Part shown: piece by piece, positions 47,830 to 57,935 of the stretch
How the letters are laid out: every line of letters begins with the position of its first letter
Numbering within the stretch: position 1 is the first letter of the stretch
Source of the DNA: Bdellovibrionales bacterium
GTDB lineage: Bacteria; Bdellovibrionota; Bdellovibrionia; Bdellovibrionales; UBA1609
Reading direction: 5' to 3'
Assembly: GCA_050246815.1 (NCBI GenBank)
Contig: JBFWVI010000004.1
Coordinates: 1 to 64,000 of the forward strand
Length of the DNA: 64,000 nt
Position numbers and translations under genes: made by a program
The notes under the pieces: generated by a model
Told to the model about the DNA's origin: nothing
Seen by the model: the letters and a program-made list of their open reading frames with translations, nothing else
Database searches by the model: none

Positions 47830-49227
47830 TTAATGACCAGGCTTTACAGGCTCCACCTTGACCTTGGACACTTCATCTGGGGTTACAGTTTTTCCGGAAT
47901 TGCCCCAAGAGCTATAAACGAAGGTCAACACATTCGCGATGTCTTCGTCAGATAGACCAAGGGCCGGCATCACGCTGTTGTACTTGTTGCCGTTCACCTT
48001 AACTTCACCACTTAAACCGTTTCGCACGACTGCGATCGCCCGAGTCTTATCGGCATTAAGATAGTCCGACGCGGCCAATGGAGGAAAGGCGTCTGCAATT
48101 CCTCTCCCGTCCACTTGATGGCAGGCCGCGCAGTTCTGCGTGTAAACGGCCTTACCCATACGAATGCGATCTTGCTTCGTCTTGGCAACGGCAACTTGTG
48201 CTTCCGGCGTCTTTTGGATAGCCCCACCTTCCGCCAAATATACGGCGTCGGACATCTGGCCTGAATAAACCACTTTGTTCTCAGGCCCTTGCACTTTCAT
48301 TATCCCTAGAGCACCCTTGTTAAAAGTTCGAAAAATCGAGTGGTCTACGAGGATATAATTACCAGGCACGTCCACTTTATATTCGACGATTGTTGAACCG
48401 CCGGCTGGTACGAGAGTCGTTTGGACGTTCTTTGTAAACGCAGTGCCACCTTCGGTATAGACTTTATCAAAAATCTCGCCAATAACATGGAAGGATGAAA
48501 CCAGATTCGGACCGCCATTGCCCACAAATAGTCTTACAGTCTCACCAACTTTGGCAGGCAAAGATTTTTCGCCCGTGATTGCACCAACGGAGCCGTTGAA
48601 AATGACGTACGTCGGCTTCTCATCGATGGCTTTCTCCATGCTAAAAGGCTGATTCCCCTGCTGACCGTATTTGCCCTTCGTGTAGAAGTCGCCTTGCATG
48701 ACATAGAATTCACGATCGACTTTGGGCAGGCCCTCTTTGGGCTCGACAAGGATCAAACCATACATGCCGTTCGCAATGTGCATACCCACGGGGGCCGTGG
48801 CGCAGTGATAGACATAAAGCCCAGAGTTAAGCGCTGTGAACGAAAAGACCGTCTCGTGTCCGGGAGCTGTGAACGAAGATGCGGCCCCACCCCCGGGCCC
48901 TGTAACAGCATGCAAGTCAATATTGTGAGGCATTTTACTGCTGGGATGATTGCGCAAATGGAACTCAACAAGGTCGCCCTCTTTGACCCGAATAAAGCTT
49001 CCCGGCACCGTCCCACCAAAGGTCCAAAAGGTGTAATCAACACCTTCGGCAATCTTCATTTTCTTTTCAAGCACTTCTAGATGAACAATCACTTTCGTGT
49101 TGTTCTTCCGCGTGATCGGGGGCGGCACCTCGGGCGGCGACGTTAGTTTTGCTATCTCTTCGCCCTTGATATTGGCATGAACGAACGAGCTAGCGGCCAA
49201 AAGTGCTACTAAGAATACTGCTTTCAT
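47830..49227 (-). CDS. nirK: Copper-containing nitrite reductase with C-terminal cytochrome c domain
   Basis: HNIDLH, YHCA.....HIANGM, SSFHVIG and VDH Cu ligands; C-terminal CAACH...FPPLA...MP. Confidence 0.95.
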   Translation of the reverse strand: MKAVFLVALLAASSFVHANIKGEEIAKLTSPPEVPPPITRKNNTKVIVHLEVLEKKMKIAEGVDYTFWTFGGTVPGSFIRVKEGDLVEFHLRNHPSSKMPHNIDLHAVTGPGGGAASSFTAPGHETVFSFTALNSGLYVYHCATAPVGMHIANGMYGLILVEPKEGLPKVDREFYVMQGDFYTKGKYGQQGNQPFSMEKAIDEKPTYVIFNGSVGAITGEKSLPAKVGETVRLFVGNGGPNLVSSFHVIGEIFDKVYTEGGTAFTKNVQTTLVPAGGSTIVEYKVDVPGNYILVDHSIFRTFNKGALGIMKVQGPENKVVYSGQMSDAVYLAEGGAIQKTPEAQVAVAKTKQDRIRMGKAVYTQNCAACHQVDGRGIADAFPPLAASDYLNADKTRAIAVVRNGLSGEVKVNGNKYNSVMPALGLSDEDIANVLTFVYSSWGNSGKTVTPDEVSKVKVEPVKPGH

Positions 49228-49255
49228 GGGTGTGCCCCTTTTTTATTGTTCACTT

Positions 49256-49271
49256 TATGTTCTAGATCACA
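49256..49271. promoter_or_regulatory. CRP/FNR-family (TGTGA-N6-TCACA-like) binding site upstream of nirK
   Basis: TATGT-TCTAGA-TCACA, 29-44 nt upstream of the nirK ATG. Confidence 0.55.
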
Positions 49272-49289
49272 AATATAAATAAGCAATTT

Positions 49290-49985
49290 TTATGCCTCGA
49301 GTTTGCCGCTTAGGATTTCAAGCACCTTGTCCATTTTTAATATTTCAATGTGCTGTCCTGATGTTCGAATAATCCCAAGCTGAGACCAACTGCTCATAAC
49401 TCGAATAACCGATTCCACTGTGGACCCAACGGCATCCGCAATTTCTTGTCTCGTTAATGGAATGGGCAAAATTGTCCCTGCATCTGTACCATAGCGATCA
49501 ATCAGCGAGACAATCTGTCTCGCTATCTTTCTTGGTAGCGGCGTTTTAGTCATACTTTTTTGATCATGGAAGTCCGTCATTCGCGAATAAATCAAGGCAT
49601 TCACCCGGCGCATAGCGATCTGGTTTTTTTGCCAGGATTCTTGAAAAGTCCGCCGTGGAATTTTTAATACCACTGTTTCCCCCAAGGCAATCACCGACAC
49701 TGGGTACGTGCTCTTGTCCTGGACCATAATCAAGGCGCCGATCACATCGCCGGGAAGCGCAAAAAGAACAATGACATCGTCACCCGAGGGCGAAGGTTTC
49801 ACTAGTTTGACCGCGCCTTCAAGCACCAACGCGAAAAAATGGGCGTCCGTATCCGCCTTGAAGAGAGTCGCTCTATGTTTAAGCAACTTCTCTTCGGCGC
49901 CCTCCAGTAAACTTGCGACCTCAGAGTCCTCGAACCCTTCGAAAACCCCCAAGGATTTGATTTTTTCTGTCACATGAATAGGCAT
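49290..49985 (-). CDS. Crp/Fnr family transcriptional regulator (DNR/NnrR/HcpR-like, no Fe-S Cys)
   Basis: cNMP-binding fold (VLEGAVKL, PGDVIG) and HTH LTRQEIADAVGSTVESVIR; no Cys. Confidence 0.92.
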   Translation of the reverse strand: MPIHVTEKIKSLGVFEGFEDSEVASLLEGAEEKLLKHRATLFKADTDAHFFALVLEGAVKLVKPSPSGDDVIVLFALPGDVIGALIMVQDKSTYPVSVIALGETVVLKIPRRTFQESWQKNQIAMRRVNALIYSRMTDFHDQKSMTKTPLPRKIARQIVSLIDRYGTDAGTILPIPLTRQEIADAVGSTVESVIRVMSSWSQLGIIRTSGQHIEILKMDKVLEILSGKLEA

Positions 49986-50023
49986 GAGGTGATCTGACCA
50001 CAGATTTAAACTACCGTCTAGCC

Positions 50024-50745
50024 CTAGAACTCCAGTGTCAAATCGGCAGCAGTGAAATGGTAACGAATGCGATCGCCTTCAAGATTATATTCATTGTCAT
50101 AAACGGCTAGCGATAGCCATGCCCTCTCCATCAATGAGTAACGAACGCGAAGGCCGCTTCCCAGTGAATCAGAATTGCCATTTCCGAAGTCAGGATCGGC
50201 TAAAATGGAGAGCACCGCATCCTTCTCGACTCGACGAAAAAAATAGCCAAGCTCCAAACCCCTTATTTTATCGACAGATCCATAGGTCACCCCAACCGTG
50301 TATGCGCGATTGCCCGCTCCAAGCCCTAGATTTTGCACGAGGTCGAACCACGCGCCAACAGCGCGCCGCCCCAATTCCCAATCGAAAGTTCCCGAAACCG
50401 AGAGCGGATCGTAACCAAAGCGGTAAACATGCCCTGTTTTGACTGTTTCGATGCTGTTTCCCCTTGGATCAACGTCGTCCCCCAGAATCGTATGCCCTTT
50501 GATATTGGTGACAGTCCCAACACCTAACGCCAACTTGGTATGAACTTTTCGAATATTTTTTGTAAAACCAACTTGTACGCCCAGCAAATTTGTATCTTCC
50601 GCGCCCTCAAGGCAATGCGCGTGAAGGTTGAAAAAAATGGCTTGCGAAGGGCCCATGTTGCGATAGATCGCAGCGAATCCTTCGGGAGCTGATTCGCTGT
50701 TAAATAACATCTCAGACTCGGACGGCACCCACCACACATCGGCCG
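50024..50745 (-). pseudogene. N-terminally truncated putative porin, paralog of 52789-53895
   Basis: WWVPSESEMLFNSESAPEG aligns with FYQPGVSDLLFDSDFTPEG, and RVEKDAVL with FLQKDSTV; terminal ADLTLEF; lacks the N-terminal third and signal peptide. Confidence 0.55.
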
Positions 50746-51224
50746 CAGCCATTTCGGTGCAAATAAATCCAATGATAAGTGCCAACGTTTGAAGGCAACC
50801 CAATTGTTCCTCCGCGAAATTGTTGCCCGACATTATGAAAAGATAGGGATGATGATTTATGATCCAAATCATAAGTGCCATTTAACCACTCCAGAACCTG
50901 CATTTTTGTCATTTGCTTTTCAATACAAGCATAGATTCAGGATCCCGGATTTGGCAGTTCCACTGCCGAATCGTCATGATTATGGGACAAAAGTTCTTCT
51001 CATGAAGTATAAAGGATGAGCCATTCTGTCTCGAAAACCAAATCGAGCAGAGCAGAGTCACGATGCCAAAGGCCCACTTCTTGCTTCGCTTTGACCTCGT
51101 AATATCCCAACAGGAAGACACATGCCACTCATGATCGCGGCAGAATACTTTGAACTTGCTCCGGACCGACGAAAAAAGATCGAGCCAAATCAACAATTGG
51201 ATAAAGTGGGAAAGCAATGCAAGC

Positions 51225-51467
51225 ATGGCTGATGTTGAGCGGCGGCGAGCGGAAAACATGATTGGCGAGTACTTTATCGATGACTCCTGCATCAGCTGTG
51301 CGGCGTGCTGGAAGGAAGCCCCCAAAAACGTCTCTAGTCATCCTGTTCACACTTATGCCTATATATGCAAGCAGCCTGAAAACAATTCTGAGCGTGACGT
51401 TTGCGATCGCGCTCTTAAAGTATGTCCGGTAAATGCAATAGGAATCGTATGCAACTCAAGTCGATAA
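51225..51467 (+). CDS. Ferredoxin (single cluster)
   Basis: CISCAAC...CPV.AI; start taken at MADVE (51225). Confidence 0.85.
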   Translation: MADVERRRAENMIGEYFIDDSCISCAACWKEAPKNVSSHPVHTYAYICKQPENNSERDVCDRALKVCPVNAIGIVCNSSR

Positions 51468-52648
51468 GCCCCGACCTGCTCGCAGAATCCAAGTTCTTCT
51501 TGTTGCCCATATGGCAAGCGGGCTTTCGACCGTTTTTCCTTTTGGCGTTTATTTCAGGCCTCCTTCTACCGCTCGCATGGGGACTCTTGTTTTCAGGCTA
51601 TGTTCACCTGCCGCAAGCGTCATTGCCACTTCTTCAGTGGCATGCCCATGAAATGCTATTTGGTTTCGGCTGGGCCGTTTTGGGCGGCTTTCTATTAACT
51701 GCAAGCAAAAACTGGGTCAAAATTCGCGGCATACATGGCCTGCCGCTCGCGGCGCTTGCCTTAATGTGGACTGTGGAGCGGTTTGCGGCATTATATGGCG
51801 GCCACCTTTCCGTTTGGTTGCAGCTCATTTTGCTCAATGCCTTTATTATTTCTTGCGGCGGCTATGTGCTCTATTCGCTTATCCGCTACCGCCGTCAAGA
51901 CAGCTTCAAGGATAATTATTTTTTCCTGATCTGTTTACCGCTCTTTTTTTTCGCGAAAATCTTGGTGCTGAACTCGGGAACATTTGCGCTTGGTATAGCC
52001 CTGAGCATCGGGCTTTTTCGTCTTGCTTTCATCGTTATGCTGGAGCGTACAACTCCGCAGTTCCTCAAAAACTCGCAAAACCTACAGGTGCCACGCAGCC
52101 CGCGTCTTGACTTAACAATCAAGTTCCTTGTTCTGGCCTCTATCTTTTCGATACTCATGCCACCAGTTGTTGCAAGCGCCCTACTAATCTTGACCGCGAT
52201 ACTGATGACCACTCGCCTCGTGTCGTGGTATCCAATCCAAGGATTGCGTCACTTCGGAATAAGCATCATGTATGTGGGCCATTTCGGTCTCATCCTCCAT
52301 TTTCTGCTTGAGGCCATGAGAACTGCCGGCGTCTATCCCGGCATTGGTTCGCTCTCGATACACGTCTTCACTTTCCTTTGTATGGGAATCATTATTCCGG
52401 GAATGTTGATTCGGATTACCCAGGGGCATACGGGACGCGACATCCTGTTCACAAAAACCGATCGGATTGCGCTTTTTTGCATGGCCCTTGCCGCAATCTC
52501 ACGCCTTGTACTGACTCAAATCTGGCCACAACACTATTCAATCTTTATTGCCATCGCCGCCGTTGGCTGGGCGTTGTGCTTTTCCATTATCGGTTGGCGC
52601 GTTGCCCCCTTCTTATGGATGGCGAGGGTTGACGGCCGCCTCCATTAG
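51449..52648 (+). CDS. nnrS: NnrS family membrane protein (nitrosative stress)
   Basis: GFRPFF, WHAHEMLFGF...GFLLTA..NW, H..G.., RITQGHTGR. Confidence 0.92.
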   Translation: MQLKSISPDLLAESKFFLLPIWQAGFRPFFLLAFISGLLLPLAWGLLFSGYVHLPQASLPLLQWHAHEMLFGFGWAVLGGFLLTASKNWVKIRGIHGLPLAALALMWTVERFAALYGGHLSVWLQLILLNAFIISCGGYVLYSLIRYRRQDSFKDNYFFLICLPLFFFAKILVLNSGTFALGIALSIGLFRLAFIVMLERTTPQFLKNSQNLQVPRSPRLDLTIKFLVLASIFSILMPPVVASALLILTAILMTTRLVSWYPIQGLRHFGISIMYVGHFGLILHFLLEAMRTAGVYPGIGSLSIHVFTFLCMGIIIPGMLIRITQGHTGRDILFTKTDRIALFCMALAAISRLVLTQIWPQHYSIFIAIAAVGWALCFSIIGWRVAPFLWMARVDGRLH

Positions 52649-52788
52649 ATCGCCTATCTGGGCTGAAGAACAAACTTTCTGAGGTATGACGACCATCATA
52701 ACGGGCGCTTATTCGTTTCATTATAATCAGAGCTGGAGGTCTAACAAAAGGCGCTTCTATCGAAAGAAAATACAAGTTCATCTTATTT

Positions 52789-53895
52789 ATGCTCAGCCTT
52801 CCGTCCCTTGTCGCGGCTGAGGGATGGCAAGATCGCATTCTCATCAACGGCGACCTGCGTTTTCGTGGCGAACATATCATTGACGGCGCCAATGAGGCGG
52901 GAACGGTAATGACAGAAACCGAGCGGATGCGACTGAGGGCCCGTGCGCGCTTACAGCTCTCGGCTAAGATCAATTCACAAACAGACCTAATCTTACGCGC
53001 GGCAACCGGCAGTCCGACCACGGGAGCCGCACCGACCACTAATCAAGACTTAACCGGTTACGGTTCAAGAAAGGACTTCAATCTGGACTTAGCCTACGCC
53101 AGTTGGCGCCCGAAAGAATCCTCCCAAATATGGTTGGGGAAGACTCCTATTCCATTTTACCAGCCGGGCGTGTCCGATCTGCTTTTCGATTCCGACTTCA
53201 CTCCCGAGGGCATAAGCGCAAAGGTTTTTAATCAAAGGGGGAAGTTTAAAACCTTCTGGAATTTGGCCCTATGGCAGATGAGCGAACGTCACGACTCTTC
53301 AACGCCGCAAGCGAGGAAAGATGTGATCCTAGTCGGCGGCGATGGAGGGTTGCAGATTCCGTTGGCCCAGGACACGCTCAGCATTGGAGCGAGCTATTAT
53401 AATTATTCTAACATTCGAGGCACTTCCGCAGGTACGGCAGGCTCACCATTGGCGCGCGGTAATACAACCACAATCAGCGGCCTGGATTTGTTTTATGCTT
53501 ATAAATACGAATTGGTCCGCGTCTTCGGGGATTTCAACACCTCTGTCGCCGGAACGGCGGCGACTCTGTACATCGATGCCGCACAAAACCAAGACCCCGA
53601 TGACGAGAACCTTGCGCTGCTTTATGGAGTGAAATTCGGGAAGTTGGTAGAGCCTGGGAATTGGTCCCTATCGGTGGACCATCGCTTTCTGCAAAAGGAC
53701 TCCACCGTGGGATTGATTGCCGATGACGGAGTCGGCTCGGGCGGCACCGATCTTACGAACACCAGAATATGCCTCCATTATCAGATCGGAGTCGGTGCGG
53801 TGATGGGCTTGACATTCATTGACGCCAGACGACTGGCCTCGAGCGCGCACATCGGTTACCAACGGAGCATGGTTGATCTGAGTTTGAGCTTTTAG
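52789..53895 (+). CDS. Putative porin (Porin_5-like outer-membrane beta-barrel)
   Basis: GDLRFR.E, R.R.RARL, TTNQ.L, LDLAY..W, D.D..PEG; terminal Phe. Confidence 0.8.
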   Translation: MLSLPSLVAAEGWQDRILINGDLRFRGEHIIDGANEAGTVMTETERMRLRARARLQLSAKINSQTDLILRAATGSPTTGAAPTTNQDLTGYGSRKDFNLDLAYASWRPKESSQIWLGKTPIPFYQPGVSDLLFDSDFTPEGISAKVFNQRGKFKTFWNLALWQMSERHDSSTPQARKDVILVGGDGGLQIPLAQDTLSIGASYYNYSNIRGTSAGTAGSPLARGNTTTISGLDLFYAYKYELVRVFGDFNTSVAGTAATLYIDAAQNQDPDDENLALLYGVKFGKLVEPGNWSLSVDHRFLQKDSTVGLIADDGVGSGGTDLTNTRICLHYQIGVGAVMGLTFIDARRLASSAHIGYQRSMVDLSLSF

Positions 53896-53928
53896 TTCAG
53901 ATCTACAAAACTGTCCACGGGGTGGCGG

Positions 53929-55368
53929 ATGAACGATTCTCAATACACAGGCGCACTTCTTGTGGTGCTGCTTTTGACCACCGTGGGGTCGATGGCCTTG
54001 GCCCGCCATTTCAATCGGCGCATGAGCGCCACCAAAGAAGGCCTGATCGCAGCAGATCGCAACCTTGGATTATGGGAGGCCTCGCTCTCTATTGCGGCCT
54101 CCTGGATCTGGGCACCGGCGCTTTTCGTGGCCGCGCAAAAAGCCTTTCAAGACGGAGTCATTGGTTTATTCTGGTTTATTGTACCAAACGTCTTATGCCT
54201 TGTCGGCTTTGCTTTTTTTGCGACTAGAGTGCGGCACGAACATCCAGACGGATTCACCCTTTCAGCGTACATCCGCCAAAAAACCTCCGCCCGCGTCCAA
54301 TCGCTGTACTGGCTCACCTTAACGGGCCTTGCGGTCTGCGCTTTCGCGGTCCAGCTGCTCGCGGGCGGTCAATTGCTCAGCAGCGTGACAACATTGCCAT
54401 TCGTTCATTGCAGCTTTATCCTCGCCGCTATCCCGCTCTCTTACTCGCTGTTTTCTGGCTTGAAGGCCACCATAGTCACTGACGTGGCAAAAATGATTTT
54501 TGTTTATGCGACCGTGGTATTTTTAGTGCCTTGGGCTATCTGGGCCGAGGGTGGAATCGATTCCGTCATCAACGGCCTAGGCGGCCAAATTCATGACACC
54601 GATTTCTTTGGCTCCCAGTCTTTGAGGATTTTTTTCGTGTTTGGCCTACCCACGACCATCGGGCTTCTTGCTGGCCCGTTTGGCGATCAGACGTTTTGGC
54701 AACGCCTCTTCGCCATTCGCCAAAAACACGTCCGGGCTGCGTTTTTCAACGGCGCCTGGATGTTCGCACTTGTCCCACTGGCTTTGTCTTTGCTGGGATT
54801 TGCTGCTGCGGGAGGGGCCATTGCGATTAACGACCCCCAGATAGTGAATCTGGAATTTATTCGCCACGCGCTTCCACCAATCGCAGTCTGGTGGTTTGTC
54901 CTAATGATTCTTGCCGCCTTGATTTCAATTCTTGACACCAAGCTCACGGGCATCGCGAGTCTAGCCGCTCACGATTTTACCAATGGCCTGCATAAAAATC
55001 CGAATTACGGTCATGTCGTCACTAACTCCAGACTGGCGATGCTGACACTGACTATTCTGGCCTTGTTAATTGCCAATATTCCAGGCCTGAAGGTACTTCA
55101 TCTTTTTTTATTTTATGGTACGCTCCGCTCCGCAACGGTAATCCCCACAATCCTTCTTATCTTAGGTAAGCAATTGCCGGAACACGGTGTTTTTTTCGGA
55201 ATTCTAACGTCTTTGTTCCTAGGTCTACCTTTATTTTCCTACGGTAACCTCAGCCAGCAGCCTGCTCTCATTGTTTTAGGTTCTTTGTTGACTGTAAGCG
55301 CCTCCGGAGTCATCGCCTGTGCATGCAAACCCAAGGCAGACGGCAAATCACCTTCGGCAAAATTGTGA
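53929..55368 (+). CDS. Sodium:solute symporter family protein (DUR3/urea-transporter-like)
   Basis: About 13 TM helices; SIAASWIWAPAL, SGLKATIVTD, DQTFWQR motifs. Confidence 0.8.
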   Translation: MNDSQYTGALLVVLLLTTVGSMALARHFNRRMSATKEGLIAADRNLGLWEASLSIAASWIWAPALFVAAQKAFQDGVIGLFWFIVPNVLCLVGFAFFATRVRHEHPDGFTLSAYIRQKTSARVQSLYWLTLTGLAVCAFAVQLLAGGQLLSSVTTLPFVHCSFILAAIPLSYSLFSGLKATIVTDVAKMIFVYATVVFLVPWAIWAEGGIDSVINGLGGQIHDTDFFGSQSLRIFFVFGLPTTIGLLAGPFGDQTFWQRLFAIRQKHVRAAFFNGAWMFALVPLALSLLGFAAAGGAIAINDPQIVNLEFIRHALPPIAVWWFVLMILAALISILDTKLTGIASLAAHDFTNGLHKNPNYGHVVTNSRLAMLTLTILALLIANIPGLKVLHLFLFYGTLRSATVIPTILLILGKQLPEHGVFFGILTSLFLGLPLFSYGNLSQQPALIVLGSLLTVSASGVIACACKPKADGKSPSAKL

Positions 55369-55386
55369 GCTTTGACGTTCGCCAGC

Positions 55387-55480
55387 TTTTCCCTGGCGAA
55401 AAGGAGTATGATTTTTATATGCGCGAAAATTTGCTTATGAGCTTAAATATTGAAACGACGGTCAAGGGTCCAAAAGGTGA
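55387..55480 (+). repeat. Right copy of the 94-bp direct repeat; relic gene 3' end
   Basis: Translates FPGEKEYDFYMRENLLMSLNIETTVKGPKG, versus FPDEKDYDLYIRENLNLNLDVEMTIKGPTG at the left copy. Confidence 0.85.
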
Positions 55481-55487
55481 TGTGGGC

Positions 55488-56438
55488 TTATTGCGTCTTC
55501 GACAAACGCCCAAGGCGCGACAGCAAACCCACTACATTCAAACGCGTATGGGTCGGCATATCTTCGACCACCAGATTTCGCGCCTGCAAGAAGCGCAAAG
55601 TCCCAAGCGGCCCGGCCAAAGGCAAGGCTTTGTCCATTTGTAAAAACGGTGCTGGCACCACCACACTGCCCGCTAAACCTTTGTCGATAAAGCCAAGTGC
55701 GGCGGTGGCACAATTGTTCGTGAACAGCTGGTAAATGTTTTGCAGCTGTGTTTTGTCACTTTCGACCAAGCCACCTTTTAAGATTTGGGCCGCTTGAGCC
55801 GCGGTCACGTTCAAGGCGTGGTACTTCACAGGGTGTTTCAATTTACTTGTCCAGCGCACGCTCTCTTCGCCGCTAGTTACCCGGTGAACCATCAAATAAT
55901 GACCGAAATAACTTTCAAGTAGGTCGTACTTGTGATCGTGCGGCGGCACACCTTCAGACGAAAGCACCAGCGTGCGTGTCTTGGCCACTGTGTGAGGCCT
56001 TTGATTTTGGCCGAACAAGCGGATCGAAGGCGAAGCCTCACTCAATGTGAACCGTAAAAATACATGAAAGATTCCAGGCGAAAATTCCTCAAAACCAACC
56101 TCGGCTTTTTCAACGCCATGAAGGGGCACCAAGGCGGTGTGAAACGTCTCAAGATGTAAAACATTGCCCACCATCACTTCGCCCGGACCAATTTTGACTT
56201 TGGGGTAAGGGGATTTACTTAAAATCCGCGCACCTCGAAAACGGCAAGAATCAATGCATTGCCCTTTGAAGCGGCCAAAGTTGAAGGCCTGTGGTGCTTC
56301 CAAAAAATCGCCAGCTTGGCTGGTACAGGCACATTTGGAATTGGGTTGTGTCAGCCCCTCAAAACCATCCGCCTGGGACATCAAGATGAAAAGCAAAGAA
56401 AAAACGAAGCTCTTGATCATACGGCCTCCACGGCCCAA
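55488..56438 (-). CDS. DUF4105-like exported protein
   Basis: Signal peptide; H.FLRF, LV.S.E and Y.LFTNNC motifs. Confidence 0.6.
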   Translation of the reverse strand: MGRGGRMIKSFVFSLLFILMSQADGFEGLTQPNSKCACTSQAGDFLEAPQAFNFGRFKGQCIDSCRFRGARILSKSPYPKVKIGPGEVMVGNVLHLETFHTALVPLHGVEKAEVGFEEFSPGIFHVFLRFTLSEASPSIRLFGQNQRPHTVAKTRTLVLSSEGVPPHDHKYDLLESYFGHYLMVHRVTSGEESVRWTSKLKHPVKYHALNVTAAQAAQILKGGLVESDKTQLQNIYQLFTNNCATAALGFIDKGLAGSVVVPAPFLQMDKALPLAGPLGTLRFLQARNLVVEDMPTHTRLNVVGLLSRLGRLSKTQ

Positions 56439-56465
56439 TGACTTAACATGACCGATTAAATGAAA

Positions 56466-57935
56466 CTATTTTTCTTTTTCTTCGCCGAATCCACCGCCGC
56501 CGGCGGAGTGCAGAATAACTTGATCGCCCGCTTCCAGTTGAAGCTCACCGGAATCCGGCAAAGCTTCGCTTTCTTTGTTCAAACGCTGACAAAGAATATC
56601 GGGGCCGATAGCGGCCTTGCCACCTTGCACACCTTCGGGCCTTAAAACTCCCCGCGACAAGTTCCAACGCAATCGGGCTGGGGCCAATACCTCGATGACT
56701 TTTGTTTGGCCATCGCCGCCGCCCTGCAACCCACTGCCACCACTTTGGCTGCGCAAGGCAACCGAGCGAATGCGCATGGGATACATGCGCTCACAAGCCT
56801 CAACCGAACGCTGCAAATGACTGCGACGCCAAAGATCCAAAGCATCCGCGCCACGGCGATCGCGGGTCGCGGCTGTGCCCGGCTCAAGATCATCGTAAAA
56901 ATAACGGCCATCACCAAAATCGAGTTCAAACGAACAAAGTCCCATGCCGTTTTGAGCCATGGCCATTTTTTTATCGATCTGACCCAGCAATCGCAAAACC
57001 AAACCCGCCACCACCGAAGTGCCATCGGTGAAACCCATAAATACGGGGGCCGGGTAACGGGCATGCACAACAGAACCCAGCGGCGCAATCACATCCACCG
57101 AACGTAAAATGCCGGCATTGATCGGCACGTCCACATTCAAAGCGGCGGCCAAAGCACCGACACAAGCCCCTAATGTGGCGGCATCGCTTAATGCATAGCG
57201 ATCTGGAGCGCCACTGCCGGTGAAGTTAAAAGAAATGCGCTGGTCCTTAATCTCGATGGCCAAAGCCAATTTACTTTTCGGACTTAAAGCCACTTCCGCC
57301 TTGGCGCTACCTTGTGAAAGGTCGTGCAGCAGATGTTGAAAGCTTGCTTGAGCCGTCTGCAGCCAATCTTTGGCCATTCGTTTGTTCAGGCTTGAACCCG
57401 TTAAGGCCTTCAAACGACCGATTTCGTCCACCGCGGTTTGCAGCCAAGCCAGCCCCCGCTCAAGACCCGCACGAAGCATGGGTGGCGCCATGGGATGGGC
57501 GCAAATGGCCTCTAAAACTTGTTCATTTAAAACGCCACCGCTGACCAAAGGAGTCGGCGGAATGCGTACACCTTCATTTTCTACGGTGTGAGCCAAAATC
57601 ACGCGAGGCTTAAATGGAATGCGCACCACCAAAAGCGCCTCGCAAGGAGAAGACTTCGTTGTGGAACCGTCAAAGTGCACACCAGTGACCAGGTTTACCG
57701 AGGACAGCACCGTGCCACCCGAATAAGGATCATTGATGACGATGACATCATCTGTTTTGAGCTGAAAATACTGATGGCATGTGAGTGCCGCCGCCGGCAA
57801 AGTGCCAATATCAGCCAAGGATTGGTACTTCGACACCAACAGCTCACCATCGGCCGTCACCAGCGCCGCAGACGGAAATGGTTCAAGAATTTTTTCAAGC
57901 AGTGATTGCCAAAGATTAAACAGTGAAGATGACAT
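56466..57935 (-). CDS. Hydantoinase B/oxoprolinase-like protein (divergent)
   Basis: DV...NDPY.GGT, EG.RIPP, P.N.G, P.GS, VE..E..YP, SGG.G...GGDG, GGGGFG. Confidence 0.8.
   Translation of the reverse strand: MSSSLFNLWQSLLEKILEPFPSAALVTADGELLVSKYQSLADIGTLPAAALTCHQYFQLKTDDVIVINDPYSGGTVLSSVNLVTGVHFDGSTTKSSPCEALLVVRIPFKPRVILAHTVENEGVRIPPTPLVSGGVLNEQVLEAICAHPMAPPMLRAGLERGLAWLQTAVDEIGRLKALTGSSLNKRMAKDWLQTAQASFQHLLHDLSQGSAKAEVALSPKSKLALAIEIKDQRISFNFTGSGAPDRYALSDAATLGACVGALAAALNVDVPINAGILRSVDVIAPLGSVVHARYPAPVFMGFTDGTSVVAGLVLRLLGQIDKKMAMAQNGMGLCSFELDFGDGRYFYDDLEPGTAATRDRRGADALDLWRRSHLQRSVEACERMYPMRIRSVALRSQSGGSGLQGGGDGQTKVIEVLAPARLRWNLSRGVLRPEGVQGGKAAIGPDILCQRLNKESEALPDSGELQLEAGDQVILHSAGGGGFGEEKEK

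Noticed and set aside
40085..55386. Prophage, ICE or transposon call for the island
   Set aside because: No integrase, transposase, tRNA target, terminal inverted repeats or phage genes visible.
55323..55643. 106-aa ORF from the track
   Set aside because: It overlaps the symporter end and runs antisense into the DUF4105-like gene. Only the 55387-55480 relic segment is meaningful.
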